64,000 nt of DNA from Candidatus Bathyarchaeota archaeon (GCA_963715865.1 OY970280.1:896001-960000), one strand, 5' to 3'. Shown: positions 20,202 to 30,251, counted from the first letter of the stretch. Numbers and translations: made by a program. Notes: generated from the sequence alone by a model not told the origin.

Positions 20202-21328
20202 TTTTCTTCCTCAATTAAGTGTATATTTCTATGTTCAATAACTTCTTTAGGTTTATTTGAACCAAGTTTCTTTTGTGCTTGTGTTATTTGTAATCCTTTA
20301 ATTAGGTTTAACTCACCGCTAGTATAATTCGGATTACCTTTTGCAAACTCAACCTTGTTTTCGTCAACGATGCTGACTACGTCGCCAACGTTAAAGTGCC
20401 CCACAACCCGTGTTATGCCAACTGGTAACAAGCTTGAGCCTTCAATTATAGCTTTCTTTGCGCCTTCGTTCACGTGGATTTGTCCTTTAACTGCGGCGCC
20501 GTACGCTATCCAGCGTTTTACAGCTGACATTGGATTTTGCGGCTTAAAGAAGGTGCCAACATCTTTCCTTGCAAGAATGTCCAACAATACGTTTTCTCTT
20601 CTGCTGTTCGCTATCACCACTGGAATACCGCATGAAGTAGCAATTTCAGCAGCTTTAATTTTGCTTTGGATTCCTCCTCTGCCCAACTTGCTCTTTCCGT
20701 TAAGTGAACTTTTCAATTCAGGCGTTATGTCTTCCACTGTTTTTATCAATTGTGCGCCTGGCTCTTGGGGGTCAACCGTGTATAAGCCGTCAACGTCTGA
20801 AAGTATTATGGTCATGTCTGCACCGATTGCACTTGCGACCAGAACTGAGAGGATGTCGTTGTCACTGAAGTTTACTTTGTAGCCTTCTGTCCGTCTAAGT
20901 TCATCTACCGATGTTACATCATTTTCGTTAATTATTGGAATAACGCCTGTTTTCAGGAGCATTCTTAAGACGTTGCATGTGTGTACGTAGGATGCTCGGT
21001 TGGAAAGGTCTTCTGCAGTAAGCAGGATTTGCGCAACTTTTAATCCATGCTCTTTGAACAGTTCACGATATTTAGCCATGAGTACACTCTGACCAGTTGC
21101 AGCCGCAGCCTGTTGAAACACCACATCATTAGGTTTTGGCGGTATACCAAGTTCCGCTATCCCTGCGGCTACCGCTCCTGAGGTTACGAGGACTACTTTG
21201 TCGCCTTGCTTGGTCGCAGCTGCTATTTGACTGGTTAGTTTTTGCATTTCTTCTTCGTCAAGGTTTCCTTCGCTGGTAGTTATGCCGCTTGTGCCAACCT
21301 TAACAACTATTAATCTTGAAGGCATCAC
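20198..21328 (-). CDS. proB: Glutamate 5-kinase with PUA domain
   Basis: VVKVGTS, IINEND, DNDILS, GGIQSKI. Confidence 0.95.
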   Translation of the reverse strand: MMPSRLIVVKVGTSGITTSEGNLDEEEMQKLTSQIAAATKQGDKVVLVTSGAVAAGIAELGIPPKPNDVVFQQAAAATGQSVLMAKYRELFKEHGLKVAQILLTAEDLSNRASYVHTCNVLRMLLKTGVIPIINENDVTSVDELRRTEGYKVNFSDNDILSVLVASAIGADMTIILSDVDGLYTVDPQEPGAQLIKTVEDITPELKSSLNGKSKLGRGGIQSKIKAAEIATSCGIPVVIANSRRENVLLDILARKDVGTFFKPQNPMSAVKRWIAYGAAVKGQIHVNEGAKKAIIEGSSLLPVGITRVVGHFNVGDVVSIVDENKVEFAKGNPNYTSGELNLIKGLQITQAQKKLGSNKPKEVIEHRNIHLIEEEK

Positions 21329-21549
21329 TTAATCACTTTTAAAGCACAGACTTATTGAGATATGTTTGACTTGCTTAAAAATGCAACCAAATAGGCAATA
21401 GCAGAATTATGTTTAGGTTCATGCTAATTGCAGGTTCAACCAAAACATTGCTTAAAACTCTGAGAAAAATATATGAGCGATAGGGGCATCGGTTTTTGGC
21501 TTGGCTGGTCAACATGTTCATCACGTTACAATCATTAACCTCATTAACA

Positions 21550-21670
21550 TTTAACTCCCCAATCGTGTTTTGGCTCGCGCCAACAGCGGGCATAATCGCT
21601 ATAGTCTCTTCACTTTTACTCATGCGTAAAATAGGCAAAATGAGTCCTGGCGCACCGAAAGCGGTGGAAG
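21550..21670 (+). pseudogene. Possible N-terminal remnant of a membrane pyrophosphatase (HppA)
   Basis: WLAPTAGIIAIVSSLLLMRKIGKMSPGAPKAVEVAN resembles HppA TM1 plus loop, then the ORF ends; boundaries approximate. Confidence 0.4.
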
Positions 21671-21802
21671 TAGCTAATCATAAATACCGCTTGAATAAAT
21701 TTAAATATTGTCAATGAATCCCAACGTTTGTATGCCTAACGTTTTTTCTGCCTTGCATTGTAGCATGTTTTTATTTCTTTGTGTGCAACTAACTAAAGAG
21801 AT

Positions 21803-22903
21803 GTGCAGACTGTGAAGATTATTGAAAAGAACCTTGGGCAAGGTTTCGTTAAAGTGGTTCCGGATTCGCCAGATGACCTTTGGCACTTATACAATGTCAT
21901 CTATAAGGGCGATGAAGCTTACGCTTACACTTCCCGAGCAATAAAAAATGACACAGAAACTTCGCGTCCTAAAAGTGCTGAGCGCGTTTCAGCCTTCATT
22001 GGTGTAACAGTGGAATCAGTCAGCTGGGATAAGTTTCTTGGTAAATTGCGGGTTCACGGGTTGATTTGTCATGCACCTGATATTATTCCTACTGGTGCCC
22101 ATCACACGCTTAGTATAGCGTTGAATCAACCGTTAACGATTGTGAAGAAAGAATGGCCTAAACACCTTTTAGACAGGCTTACGAGGGCAAGCGAAACCGA
22201 GAAGTCCATGCTCATAATTTCTATTGATGACGAAGGTTTTGCCATTGCTGAAACCAAGCAATACGGCGTAGAAATCAAAGTTGAAGAACGCATGAGGTTG
22301 CCTGGAAAACATGAAGCCGACAAACGCGTCGAAGCCACAAAGGCGTATTTTCGTCGTGCACTCAACAGCCTAAATCAACTGTGGGCTCAAAATCACAGTC
22401 CAATCGTTATTATCGGGGCTGGTTTTGTTAAGAATGACTTTGTAAGATTCCTTTCCGAAGAGGCTCAAGAAATGTCCAAGGCTGTTGCGGATGTGAAGAG
22501 CGTTAACAATGGCGGCACAGCAGGGATCTATGAGGCTTTGCGTTCTGGCGTTTTGTTACGGGCGGCAAATCAACTGCGCGTTGTCGAGGAAACAGAAACT
22601 ATTGAAGAAGTTTTGAAACGCTTAGGCAAAGGTGAAGGAACAGTCACATATGGCTTAGAAGCAGTAGAAAATGCCGCTAAAATGGGCGCTGTTGAAAAAC
22701 TGGTCCTTGCCGATGTGACACTTCGTGATGCGGACGAGCAGCAACGATTGAAGCTGGAGGGACTCATGAGGGAAGCGGAAAAGCGAGGTGCGAACGTAAC
22801 TGTAATCAGCACAGAGCATGAAGCAGGCGCAAAACTGTTAGCTTTAGGCGGAATCGCAGCTTTGCTACGGTTCCCAATCTACCGAGACACCACAACGCAA
22901 TAA
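21803..22903 (+). CDS. pelA: Pelota/Dom34 ribosome rescue factor
   Basis: DDLWHLYNVI N-domain, HHTLSI, LGGIAALLRF. Confidence 0.95.
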   Translation: MQTVKIIEKNLGQGFVKVVPDSPDDLWHLYNVIYKGDEAYAYTSRAIKNDTETSRPKSAERVSAFIGVTVESVSWDKFLGKLRVHGLICHAPDIIPTGAHHTLSIALNQPLTIVKKEWPKHLLDRLTRASETEKSMLIISIDDEGFAIAETKQYGVEIKVEERMRLPGKHEADKRVEATKAYFRRALNSLNQLWAQNHSPIVIIGAGFVKNDFVRFLSEEAQEMSKAVADVKSVNNGGTAGIYEALRSGVLLRAANQLRVVEETETIEEVLKRLGKGEGTVTYGLEAVENAAKMGAVEKLVLADVTLRDADEQQRLKLEGLMREAEKRGANVTVISTEHEAGAKLLALGGIAALLRFPIYRDTTTQ

Positions 22904-23087
22904 ACCTTGAATCATATAGAAACTCTGCTCGGAACAAGTTAAAGCCCCCTATTTAAAGCAAAATTTTTTATTCTGACCAATGTCGGGGTAGCACTTTTTT
23001 CATCTGATTAGCGGTTGAGTGCTCTTTATAAATAGATGCTGTTATATACCCCCTGTGCTATTTAAATACTCAAGCATGTGAGTTGAC

Positions 23088-23657
23088 ATGAGTAAACGAA
23101 AACCGATCATTTGTATACAAAACATTGTTGCTTCAGTTTCGCTTAACCAGAAAATCGACTTACAAAAAATCGTAGAAAAATTCCCCCAAACTGAATATAA
23201 CCCAAGCGTGTTCCCAGGTTTAGTTTTCCGACTTAAAAAACCAAAAACAGCCACATTAATCTTCGGCACGGGCAAAATGGTTTGTACAGGCGCTAAATCA
23301 GAAAAAGAATCACGCAGCGCAGTTGAAAAAGTAGTTAAAGAACTGCGAAGCGAAGGAATCCAAATCACAGAAAAACCAATCGTAAAAATCCAAAACATAG
23401 TTGCCTCAGCAACACTAGGCGGCGAAATTGACCTTGAAAGCCTAGTCTACAAACTCAGCAAAGTCATGTACGAGCCAGAACAGTTCCCAGGCGCAGTCTA
23501 CCGAATGGATGAACCCAAAGTAGTATTCCTAATATTCTCAGCGGGAAAACTCGTCTGCGTAGGCGCCAAAAAAGAAGAGCAAGTTTACGAAGCAGTAGAC
23601 AAAATCCAAGCACTACTCGAAGAAAAAGAACTCATCTTTTACCCCGCTCCCTCTTAA
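23088..23657 (+). CDS. tbp: TATA-binding protein
   Basis: Two TBP repeats: IQNIVAS, YNPSVFPG / YEPEQFPG, GKMVCTGAK / GKLVCVGAK. Confidence 0.98.
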   Translation: MSKRKPIICIQNIVASVSLNQKIDLQKIVEKFPQTEYNPSVFPGLVFRLKKPKTATLIFGTGKMVCTGAKSEKESRSAVEKVVKELRSEGIQITEKPIVKIQNIVASATLGGEIDLESLVYKLSKVMYEPEQFPGAVYRMDEPKVVFLIFSAGKLVCVGAKKEEQVYEAVDKIQALLEEKELIFYPAPS

Positions 23658-23658
23658 A

Positions 23659-24363
23659 CTATTTTTTCATTCTTCTACGAACTGCAGGATTAGAGTCAGA
23701 GAGTTTTTTGAGCGCTAACTCAAAAGTCTCGTCTGGAGCCAATTCTCTTTTAACAAAAACCCCTGTTCTACCAACAGCGTCACGCTTCAAAAGCGCATGA
23801 ACCCTGTCAAACACGGTTTCAGCGGATATTCCCAAAATTTTAGCTGCAAAGTCTTCTCTGCCGATGATGCTGCTTTCCACATGCCCCTTTTCTGTGGGTT
23901 CAATAAGCATAAGTCGCTTATCCACACCCGCGACCCGAACGTCCGCTTTAAGCTGGTTAAAGTTTACTTCGCCGCCGAACCTGTAAAACTCCCTCTCCAC
24001 CCTGCGCATTTGCATAAGAGGAAAGGAAACAGTGATTTGCTCGCTGATTTCAATGTGCGCTTTCATAGCGTAGGTTGGCGTGGCTTGAACAATTAAACGG
24101 GCATTAACCGTTATGCGTGCTTTTTCTAGGGCGGTTTCTACAAGGAAACTATTCTGCACTTCAGGAATGAAAACGTCGATGTCGCTGTCCTTGTTCACGT
24201 CGCCTCTGGCTATGCTTCCATGCACAAGCGACTGCAAATGAAACTCTTCTAACGCAGTCATAATTTCAGTTGCTTTGCTTCTGAGCTCGTTTAGCAGTTG
24301 CCAGCGTGCACTAGTATATGTTACTTCCTTGTAATCTGAAGGTTTTGTTAGCTTAACCGCCAT
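23659..24363 (-). CDS. Predicted nucleotidyltransferase (archaeal)
   Basis: GSIARGDVNKDSDIDVF. Confidence 0.8.
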   Translation of the reverse strand: MAVKLTKPSDYKEVTYTSARWQLLNELRSKATEIMTALEEFHLQSLVHGSIARGDVNKDSDIDVFIPEVQNSFLVETALEKARITVNARLIVQATPTYAMKAHIEISEQITVSFPLMQMRRVEREFYRFGGEVNFNQLKADVRVAGVDKRLMLIEPTEKGHVESSIIGREDFAAKILGISAETVFDRVHALLKRDAVGRTGVFVKRELAPDETFELALKKLSDSNPAVRRRMKK

Positions 24364-24425
24364 ATTTATCAGCCATTTTAATGAATTAGTAGCGGCATTG
24401 TTTATTTAGTTTAATAGTCAATCAA

Positions 24426-25385
24426 ATGTTAAACCGTGAAAGCCAAATGACTGCGCCTGTCTGTAGCGCCTGCAAAACCAGAGAAGCCTTCTTCCACAGG
24501 CAATACTCAGGTGAAACGCTGTGCAAAAAATGCTTCACCCAATCCATCGAAGCAAAGGCGAGAGCAACCATGACGCGCTACCATATGCTGAGCTTTGATG
24601 ACCATTTAGCAGTGGCAGTTTCAGGCGGCAAAGACAGCCTAAGCCTACTGCATATCTTGGCGAAGTTGAAGCGGTTTCGCCCAAAAACCACGCTTACTGC
24701 GGTAACGGTGGATGAGGGCATTAAAGGCTACAGGGATGAAGCCTTAGAAATTGCGGCTGCAAACTGCAAAAAACTCGAAATCCCCCACCACATCGTCTCA
24801 TTCAAAGAGCTTTACGGCTTCACGCTAGACGAAATAATACTTAAAGCACGCAGCAAAGGCGAAACAGAGTTAACTGCCTGCGCTTACTGCGGCGTCCTGA
24901 GGAGAAAAGCCATAAACATTGGCGCCCGACAGGTTAAAGCAAACAAAGTCGCGACTGCACACACCTTAGACGACGAAGTGCAAACAATTCTCATGAATAT
25001 TTTTCACGGAGACATCATGCGGTTGGCTAAGGAGAAACCAGTCACCAGCGAAGTGCACCCGCTTCTTGTTCAGAAGATTAAGCCTTTTTGCGAAATCCCC
25101 GAAAAAGAAAGCGCCCTATATGCTTATGTGAAAAAAATCTCTTTTCAGGATACGCCGTGCCCCTACGCTTCCGAAGCCCTGCGCAATGATATTCGCGGGA
25201 TGATTAACCGCATGGAAGCGAAGCATGCTGGAACAAAATTTACTGTTTTCAAAGCCATGGAACGCTTAAGACCCGCATTGGAGGAGACAGCGAAGAAAGA
25301 AAGTTTCAAAACATGCGTTGAATGCGGCGAACCATCAGCATTGGATTTATGCAAGACCTGCGAGATGCTGAGGCAAGTGCGTTAA
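24426..25385 (+). CDS. PP-loop tRNA 2-thiolation protein (TtuA/NcsA-like)
   Basis: SGGKDS, CAYCGVLRR, terminal CxxC zinc motifs. Confidence 0.88.
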   Translation: MLNRESQMTAPVCSACKTREAFFHRQYSGETLCKKCFTQSIEAKARATMTRYHMLSFDDHLAVAVSGGKDSLSLLHILAKLKRFRPKTTLTAVTVDEGIKGYRDEALEIAAANCKKLEIPHHIVSFKELYGFTLDEIILKARSKGETELTACAYCGVLRRKAINIGARQVKANKVATAHTLDDEVQTILMNIFHGDIMRLAKEKPVTSEVHPLLVQKIKPFCEIPEKESALYAYVKKISFQDTPCPYASEALRNDIRGMINRMEAKHAGTKFTVFKAMERLRPALEETAKKESFKTCVECGEPSALDLCKTCEMLRQVR

Positions 25386-25588
25386 GCTTTGCGGGTAAAT
25401 CCCTGGTCACTTTTTAATTTGCGAAGCATTTTTGAAGCTTCAAACGCGTTGCTTGCTGAGGCTACCTTTTGCGCCCGCAACAAATCAACATGCGCGCCGC
25501 AGTAGGGACAAATTTTTGTCCTTTGCCCTTTAGCTGTTAACATTAAACCTGCACATTTTGTACATTTTACTATTAACGTTGCTCCCAT
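25382..25588 (-). CDS. Small Zn-ribbon protein (DUF1922-like)
   Basis: CTKC and CPYC motifs. Confidence 0.7.
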   Translation of the reverse strand: MGATLIVKCTKCAGLMLTAKGQRTKICPYCGAHVDLLRAQKVASASNAFEASKMLRKLKSDQGFTRKA

Positions 25589-25663
25589 TTCTGGTTTGCT
25601 TCCGAAAGGCTTTACGTCTTATCTCCAATTTGCATCTCCCGCATAATATCCCTTTTTCTTTTT

Positions 25664-25906
25664 TTGTCAAGTTTGCGAGGTTTTCTTAATATGAGCGACA
25701 CAGTTTTTGAGCCTTTCCTAAACAAGAATGTCCTAGTTGAAACCGACAACAATTTTCAGGTTAAAGGAAAATTAATTTATTACAAGTCCTCAGAGAAGGA
25801 AGACCATGAACCCTTTGTTTTAGTTTTGAAAGCGCAAGACCGCTTTATAGTTCTAAGGAATTGGGTTGTAATCAAAGAAATTAACCCCTGGAGCAAAGGC
25901 TTCTAA
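25664..25906 (+). CDS. Small protein with an Sm/LSm-like pattern
   Basis: FLNKNVLVET...VKGKL...LVL...IVLRNW..I; ATG near 25691 is the likely start. Confidence 0.45.
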   Translation: MSSLRGFLNMSDTVFEPFLNKNVLVETDNNFQVKGKLIYYKSSEKEDHEPFVLVLKAQDRFIVLRNWVVIKEINPWSKGF

Positions 25907-25907
25907 C

Positions 25908-26117
25908 ATGGTTAACGCTGAAAAAGTTAAGCGGAAACTGCCTTCCTTACTCTTAGACAGCAGCACTAATACTAAGAAGGGCTGGAAAGCCTTTATGCGC
26001 TCACGTTATCATTATGACCGATTCAAGAAAAAGAACCCTGAAAGATGCGACACTTTAACAAACAAGATTATAGCTGATCTTAACGAGCTGGAAACAGCGG
26101 TTTCAAGCGGTAGTTAA
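25908..26117 (+). CDS. Hypothetical protein
   Basis: ATG ORF immediately after the previous gene. Confidence 0.55.
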   Translation: MVNAEKVKRKLPSLLLDSSTNTKKGWKAFMRSRYHYDRFKKKNPERCDTLTNKIIADLNELETAVSSGS

Positions 26118-26170
26118 TCATAAGCGTTAATGCAGCCGAGAAACATAAAAAAAAGAAAAAAGGGATAGTG

Positions 26171-26440
26171 CTATTTCACTTCTTGATCTGTTATTTCTGG
26201 CTTATAGTTTCCGTCGCCTAAGAGTTCGTAGAATATATCACCAAAACCAAGCGCTATAGCGACTTCCTCGCCACTCATGGCTTCCATAATGGACCGAGCG
26301 CTATCAATTATCACATACTGCATTTCTTCTTCTAGTGAAGAAGTGTTATCATGAGCTTGGCGACGATACCAATTTGCTATCGATTTTGGCACTTTAACAG
26401 TTACAGACTCATACTCTATAGGTTTTTTTAATTCAGACAT
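26171..26440 (-). CDS. Hypothetical protein, paralog of 30405-30773
   Basis: Shared PIEYExVTxKVPK and YKPEITDQExK. Confidence 0.75.
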   Translation of the reverse strand: MSELKKPIEYESVTVKVPKSIANWYRRQAHDNTSSLEEEMQYVIIDSARSIMEAMSGEEVAIALGFGDIFYELLGDGNYKPEITDQEVK

Positions 26441-26556
26441 TTTTTATTTCTCCTTTTTCGTTTGGAATATTATAAAGATATTCCTGAAAGTATTAATGGG
26501 ATATACTTATATTTAAGAATATCTTTAAGATATATGTGGTGTCAAGGTTGGAAAAA

Positions 26557-26715
26557 ATGCCCGTGAAATTCAAAATAAGCGTTGTATTAGTCGGCAAGTC
26601 ATTAAAAGTAACTATTCCTAAAGAACTAAGTGAACACATCAAAATCAAGAAAGGCGACATCGTTTCAATGTGGGCGGATAACTCACATATAGTCATGGAA
26701 AAAGAGAAACCTTAA
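26557..26715 (+). CDS. AbrB/MazE-like DNA-binding protein (52 aa, not in ORF track)
   Basis: My translation: MPVKFKISVVLVGKSLKVTIPKELSEHIKIKKGDIVSMWADNSHIVMEKEKP. Confidence 0.8.
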   Translation: MPVKFKISVVLVGKSLKVTIPKELSEHIKIKKGDIVSMWADNSHIVMEKEKP

Positions 26716-26812
26716 CCTCTCTTTATTTTTTATATGTTTCTCGGATTATTTCTCAAACTTTCTTATAATTATTATACGCTATTTAAAAAGCTGATTTGCT
26801 AAACGCTTAGTC

Positions 26813-26911
26813 ATGGACACCGCTAAACAATTCAAAAATTCACCTGAAATAAGGGAATACTGGAAAATCCACAAGCGCCAACAGAGAACAAAGAAGGCTA
26901 AAAAGAAATGA
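26813..26911 (+). CDS. Small basic peptide (32 aa, not in ORF track)
   Basis: MDTAKQFKNSPEIREYWKIHKRQQRTKKAKKK; ATGA overlap with the next gene. Confidence 0.45.
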   Translation: MDTAKQFKNSPEIREYWKIHKRQQRTKKAKKK

Positions 26912-27273
26912 AGCATAAAAGCGCCCTAGCAATCATGTGCATAACAGTTATCTTAGCCATGCTCACGCTACCATTCGCTTCCGCCATCACAGTGCCAACT
27001 CAAGGCGTATATTTGCCCTATGAAAACGGAACAACCGTTTTTTTACCATCAGGAACATATAGCAGCATCAACCGCACAAACAACGTTTGGTATGTGAATG
27101 GCGTGGTATATCCACAAGATTTGTCTTTGTCAAGAAATGACCTTGTACTAATGGTTGTCTTCTTCGTCTTTGTGCTTTTAGCATTCATAGGGTTTGCGCA
27201 GATAACGTTCGGTGTGTGGCTGCTTGTGGCTTCTTATCAGCATAGCTTGAAGGATAAGAAGGGGGAGAAATGA
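26908..27273 (+). CDS. Small exported, C-terminally membrane-anchored protein
   Basis: Signal-peptide-like N-terminus; C-terminal TM followed by basic tail. Confidence 0.7.
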   Translation: MKHKSALAIMCITVILAMLTLPFASAITVPTQGVYLPYENGTTVFLPSGTYSSINRTNNVWYVNGVVYPQDLSLSRNDLVLMVVFFVFVLLAFIGFAQITFGVWLLVASYQHSLKDKKGEK

Positions 27274-29861
27274 AAGTTAAGATTTTGGTTCTTGTTTTCT
27301 TGCTGGTTAGTTCGCTGTTTCTGTTTTTGTATGTTCCTCAAGTTCATGCAACTGGAATAACGTGGGTTCAAGGCGACGGCTCCACTAATGGTCATGCCGT
27401 TGGAAGTGGCAGTTCAATTTCTCCTTCCATGACTAACACGCCTGCCTCAGGAAACGTTTTGATAGCCACGATAGGCATATCGGATTATAATGGTGCTGTA
27501 ACTGTTTCAAGCATCAGCCAAACCAATGTGGCATGGACTAAACAGAAAAGCATCAATGGTTATCCGTATGGTGATGGTCATTTTTGGCTGGATTCTGAAA
27601 TATGGTTAGGAGTAGTTAGTTCAGGTGCATCTAAAAATATTACCGTGAACTTGTCAGGAACTCCAAGTTATGCTTCTGTTGCTAATATTTGCGAGTACAG
27701 TGGAGTGGCAACAAGCAGTTTTCTTGACCAAACAGCAAGCAATTTCGCAATATCAAACCCCAAAATAATGGACACTGGCACAACGTCTGCAACGACACAA
27801 GCTAACGAATTATGGATTGGAAGTGTAGCAGCAGAAGCCTATGGCAATTTGTCAAATCCAGCTAATGGTTTTACATTGCTTGACGGGGTACAAGTATCGC
27901 CTAACTTGGGAAATGCCTATTTAGAGAAAATTGTTTCTTCAACTGGAACTGCAAGTAGCAGTGTTGATGACCCTGATTCTGTTGATGGTTTTGCTGGTTG
28001 CATCGCCACTTTCTTTGCGTCAGGTCCATTTAGCGGGTACCATTATGTTAATGGTCAAAACAGTCAAGTGGACAGCGTAGCTGACATAGGCACTCACAGC
28101 AACTTCACGGCGCAGCAGCAAGCCCCAGTAGCGAACAATCCTTACAATGACACTTTAACTGAGGCAGATAAAGGAGCCGCAGAAAGCTGGGTTAGCCCCA
28201 CTGGATACCAAGACCCTTCCAGCGGATGGAACAATGAAGCTAAAGCTTATGACGGTAACGCAGCGACAAGTTCTGATTCTAACCTTATCGTTAAAAATAC
28301 TTGGTCAACTTGGCTTGTTCTCAACTTCACAAATTCCGTTAGTGGCTCAAAAGTTGAGTACACGGTGCAAAGAAGCAATACCTATATAACAACTATGAAT
28401 GTTAGTGCAGCCAACCAGACTGGTTCTTGGACATTGCTTTATTCTGGTACGCCAACTTATAATTCATGGGAAAATCGAACTTTCACTAAGAGTGCCATGA
28501 CGGCTATTCGTTTTGCCTTTTACAATTCTTATACTAGTACTGGAACCCACAGTTACTATGCTTACGTTAACGAAACAGCATATCTAAATGATTATGTCGC
28601 AAATTATCAGCTAGGCCTTGAGGAACAGTTCACTTCTGTTCCAGCAGGTTACACTAATCAACAACTCGATATCTTTATGGGAACTTGGACAACAAGCGAT
28701 ACGGTTGGTGTTCAAGCATGGGGAGGAAGCAGTTGGACAAATATAGAAACCTTAACTAAGAATCAATGGAACAATTACACTTCAATAGGCACTTACATTA
28801 TCAGTAACACTTTAACAATCAAATTTGTTAATGAAACTCAAGCAGACCATACGGTTCAAGATTCATGGAGCAAATGCTCATGCCTACTATACCTATGGAA
28901 TAGCACAGGGCAAGAATATTCTTACATGCAATATAGTTCATCAATAATTTTGTCTTCTTCGTCACTTGGCAACGAAAAAGGTTTCTCATCAAGCAACATT
29001 CCAATAATATTAGGCATGACCGCAACAGGATTGGAAAAAGGGTTTGTTTCAAGTGGTCAAGCGTCGCTTTTGTCACTGTTAACATTTGGTCTTGAAAAAG
29101 GATTTAGCCAAATTTCTACAATAAGTTTGCTTAGTGGCATGGTTTTAGGAATTGAAAAAGGGTTCATATTTAATTCTGTAACGCAAATTCTCGGATTAAA
29201 TACGTCAGGACTTGAGAATGGTTTCTTATCAATCAACATTCTTCAGATTCTTGAGTTAAGTTCATCTAGTATTGAAAACGAATTTAGCCAAAATGAACAA
29301 GGAACTTTATTATCTCTATTAGCATCAGGCATAGAGAAAGGTTTTCTTCCACTTGAAATAGGCAGTTTACTAAGTAACATTGCTTTAGGACTTGAAAAAG
29401 AATTCAGTTCAAGCATAACTTCACTATTAGCATTTACAACTTCACTATTAGCATTTACAAGTGAGATACCTTATGCATCTTTTACTTTTATATTTTCAAA
29501 CATAATTCGAGGCTTAGAAAACTGGTTTGGCACCGCAGAACTATCCACAACATCAACCCCAATCACCATAATCCCCGCCACTCTTCCCCCATTACCCTAC
29601 GACCAAACCGCCTCACTAATCACAATGCTAATCCTATTCATCTTCTTCCTGTTCCTAGCATTCATAATCCGCACCCCCTTCATATTCGCAGTAGAAGCCT
29701 TCATCAGCATAATTTTCGGAATAAGCCTAATGATAAGCTACAGCAACACAAGCGTAGCGTGGCTTTTCGATATCATAGGCTTCGCACTAGTAACCCTTGG
29801 AATATGGTTGCTAGTCGCGGCTTACCAGTACAACATGCAAACAAAGAAGGCTAAAAAATGA
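27270..29861 (+). CDS. Large Ser/Thr-rich surface protein (adhesin- or spike-like)
   Basis: Signal peptide, beta-rich domains, 20-aa repeat stalk, Pro/Thr linker, about three C-terminal TMs. Confidence 0.8.
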   Translation: MKVKILVLVFLLVSSLFLFLYVPQVHATGITWVQGDGSTNGHAVGSGSSISPSMTNTPASGNVLIATIGISDYNGAVTVSSISQTNVAWTKQKSINGYPYGDGHFWLDSEIWLGVVSSGASKNITVNLSGTPSYASVANICEYSGVATSSFLDQTASNFAISNPKIMDTGTTSATTQANELWIGSVAAEAYGNLSNPANGFTLLDGVQVSPNLGNAYLEKIVSSTGTASSSVDDPDSVDGFAGCIATFFASGPFSGYHYVNGQNSQVDSVADIGTHSNFTAQQQAPVANNPYNDTLTEADKGAAESWVSPTGYQDPSSGWNNEAKAYDGNAATSSDSNLIVKNTWSTWLVLNFTNSVSGSKVEYTVQRSNTYITTMNVSAANQTGSWTLLYSGTPTYNSWENRTFTKSAMTAIRFAFYNSYTSTGTHSYYAYVNETAYLNDYVANYQLGLEEQFTSVPAGYTNQQLDIFMGTWTTSDTVGVQAWGGSSWTNIETLTKNQWNNYTSIGTYIISNTLTIKFVNETQADHTVQDSWSKCSCLLYLWNSTGQEYSYMQYSSSIILSSSSLGNEKGFSSSNIPIILGMTATGLEKGFVSSGQASLLSLLTFGLEKGFSQISTISLLSGMVLGIEKGFIFNSVTQILGLNTSGLENGFLSINILQILELSSSSIENEFSQNEQGTLLSLLASGIEKGFLPLEIGSLLSNIALGLEKEFSSSITSLLAFTTSLLAFTSEIPYASFTFIFSNIIRGLENWFGTAELSTTSTPITIIPATLPPLPYDQTASLITMLILFIFFLFLAFIIRTPFIFAVEAFISIIFGISLMISYSNTSVAWLFDIIGFALVTLGIWLLVAAYQYNMQTKKAKK
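28968..29528 (+). repeat. About nine 20-aa coding repeats, consensus G[LI]E[KN]GF
   Basis: GNEKGF, GLEKGF, GLEKGF, GIEKGF, GLENGF, SIENEF, GIEKGF, GLEKEF, GLENWF. Confidence 0.85.
29417..29458 (+). repeat. Exact 21-bp tandem duplication AACTTCACTATTAGCATTTAC x2
   Basis: Read directly; duplicates the peptide TSLLAFT. Confidence 0.9.
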
Positions 29862-29913
29862 AAAAAGAAGTAATAGTAGCGCAAAACCTTTGGCAGAAAG
29901 GTAAACCCATCAC

Positions 29914-30123
29914 TTGCAACAAAGTAAATGGCGGAAGCAGAGGAAAATAAGAATGATGTTAGATTGGAATACCCTGATTAACTCAATGATTAACGGTTTG
30001 TTTGTTGGCATGGGTTCAGGTGTCGGAGTGTGGATTGTGACAAGGCACTTGATAAGGCATTTAGAAGCCCTTGAGGAAAAACTCAAGAACGAAAACGGAA
30101 AGGCAGGTAAGAAGGAAGAATGA
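29914..30123 (+). CDS. Small single-TM protein with charged tail
   Basis: GLFVGMGSGVGVWIV; ATG near 29953 is the likely start. Confidence 0.6.
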   Translation: MQQSKWRKQRKIRMMLDWNTLINSMINGLFVGMGSGVGVWIVTRHLIRHLEALEEKLKNENGKAGKKEE

Positions 30124-30251
30124 TCTCACGAGATTGCGATGGATGCAGTATTCAGAGGGATTGCTGCATGCGCTATAGGTTAGCGGTCATAGGCGATAAA
30201 GTCTATTGCCCTGATGGAACGGCTCACCTGATAGATAGTGGATCTGCTTGA
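30120..30251 (+). CDS. Cys-rich peptide (43 aa, not in ORF track)
   Basis: MISRDCDGCSIQRDCCMRYRLAVIGDKVYCPDGTAHLIDSGSA; ATGA overlap with the previous gene. Confidence 0.5.
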   Translation: MISRDCDGCSIQRDCCMRYRLAVIGDKVYCPDGTAHLIDSGSA

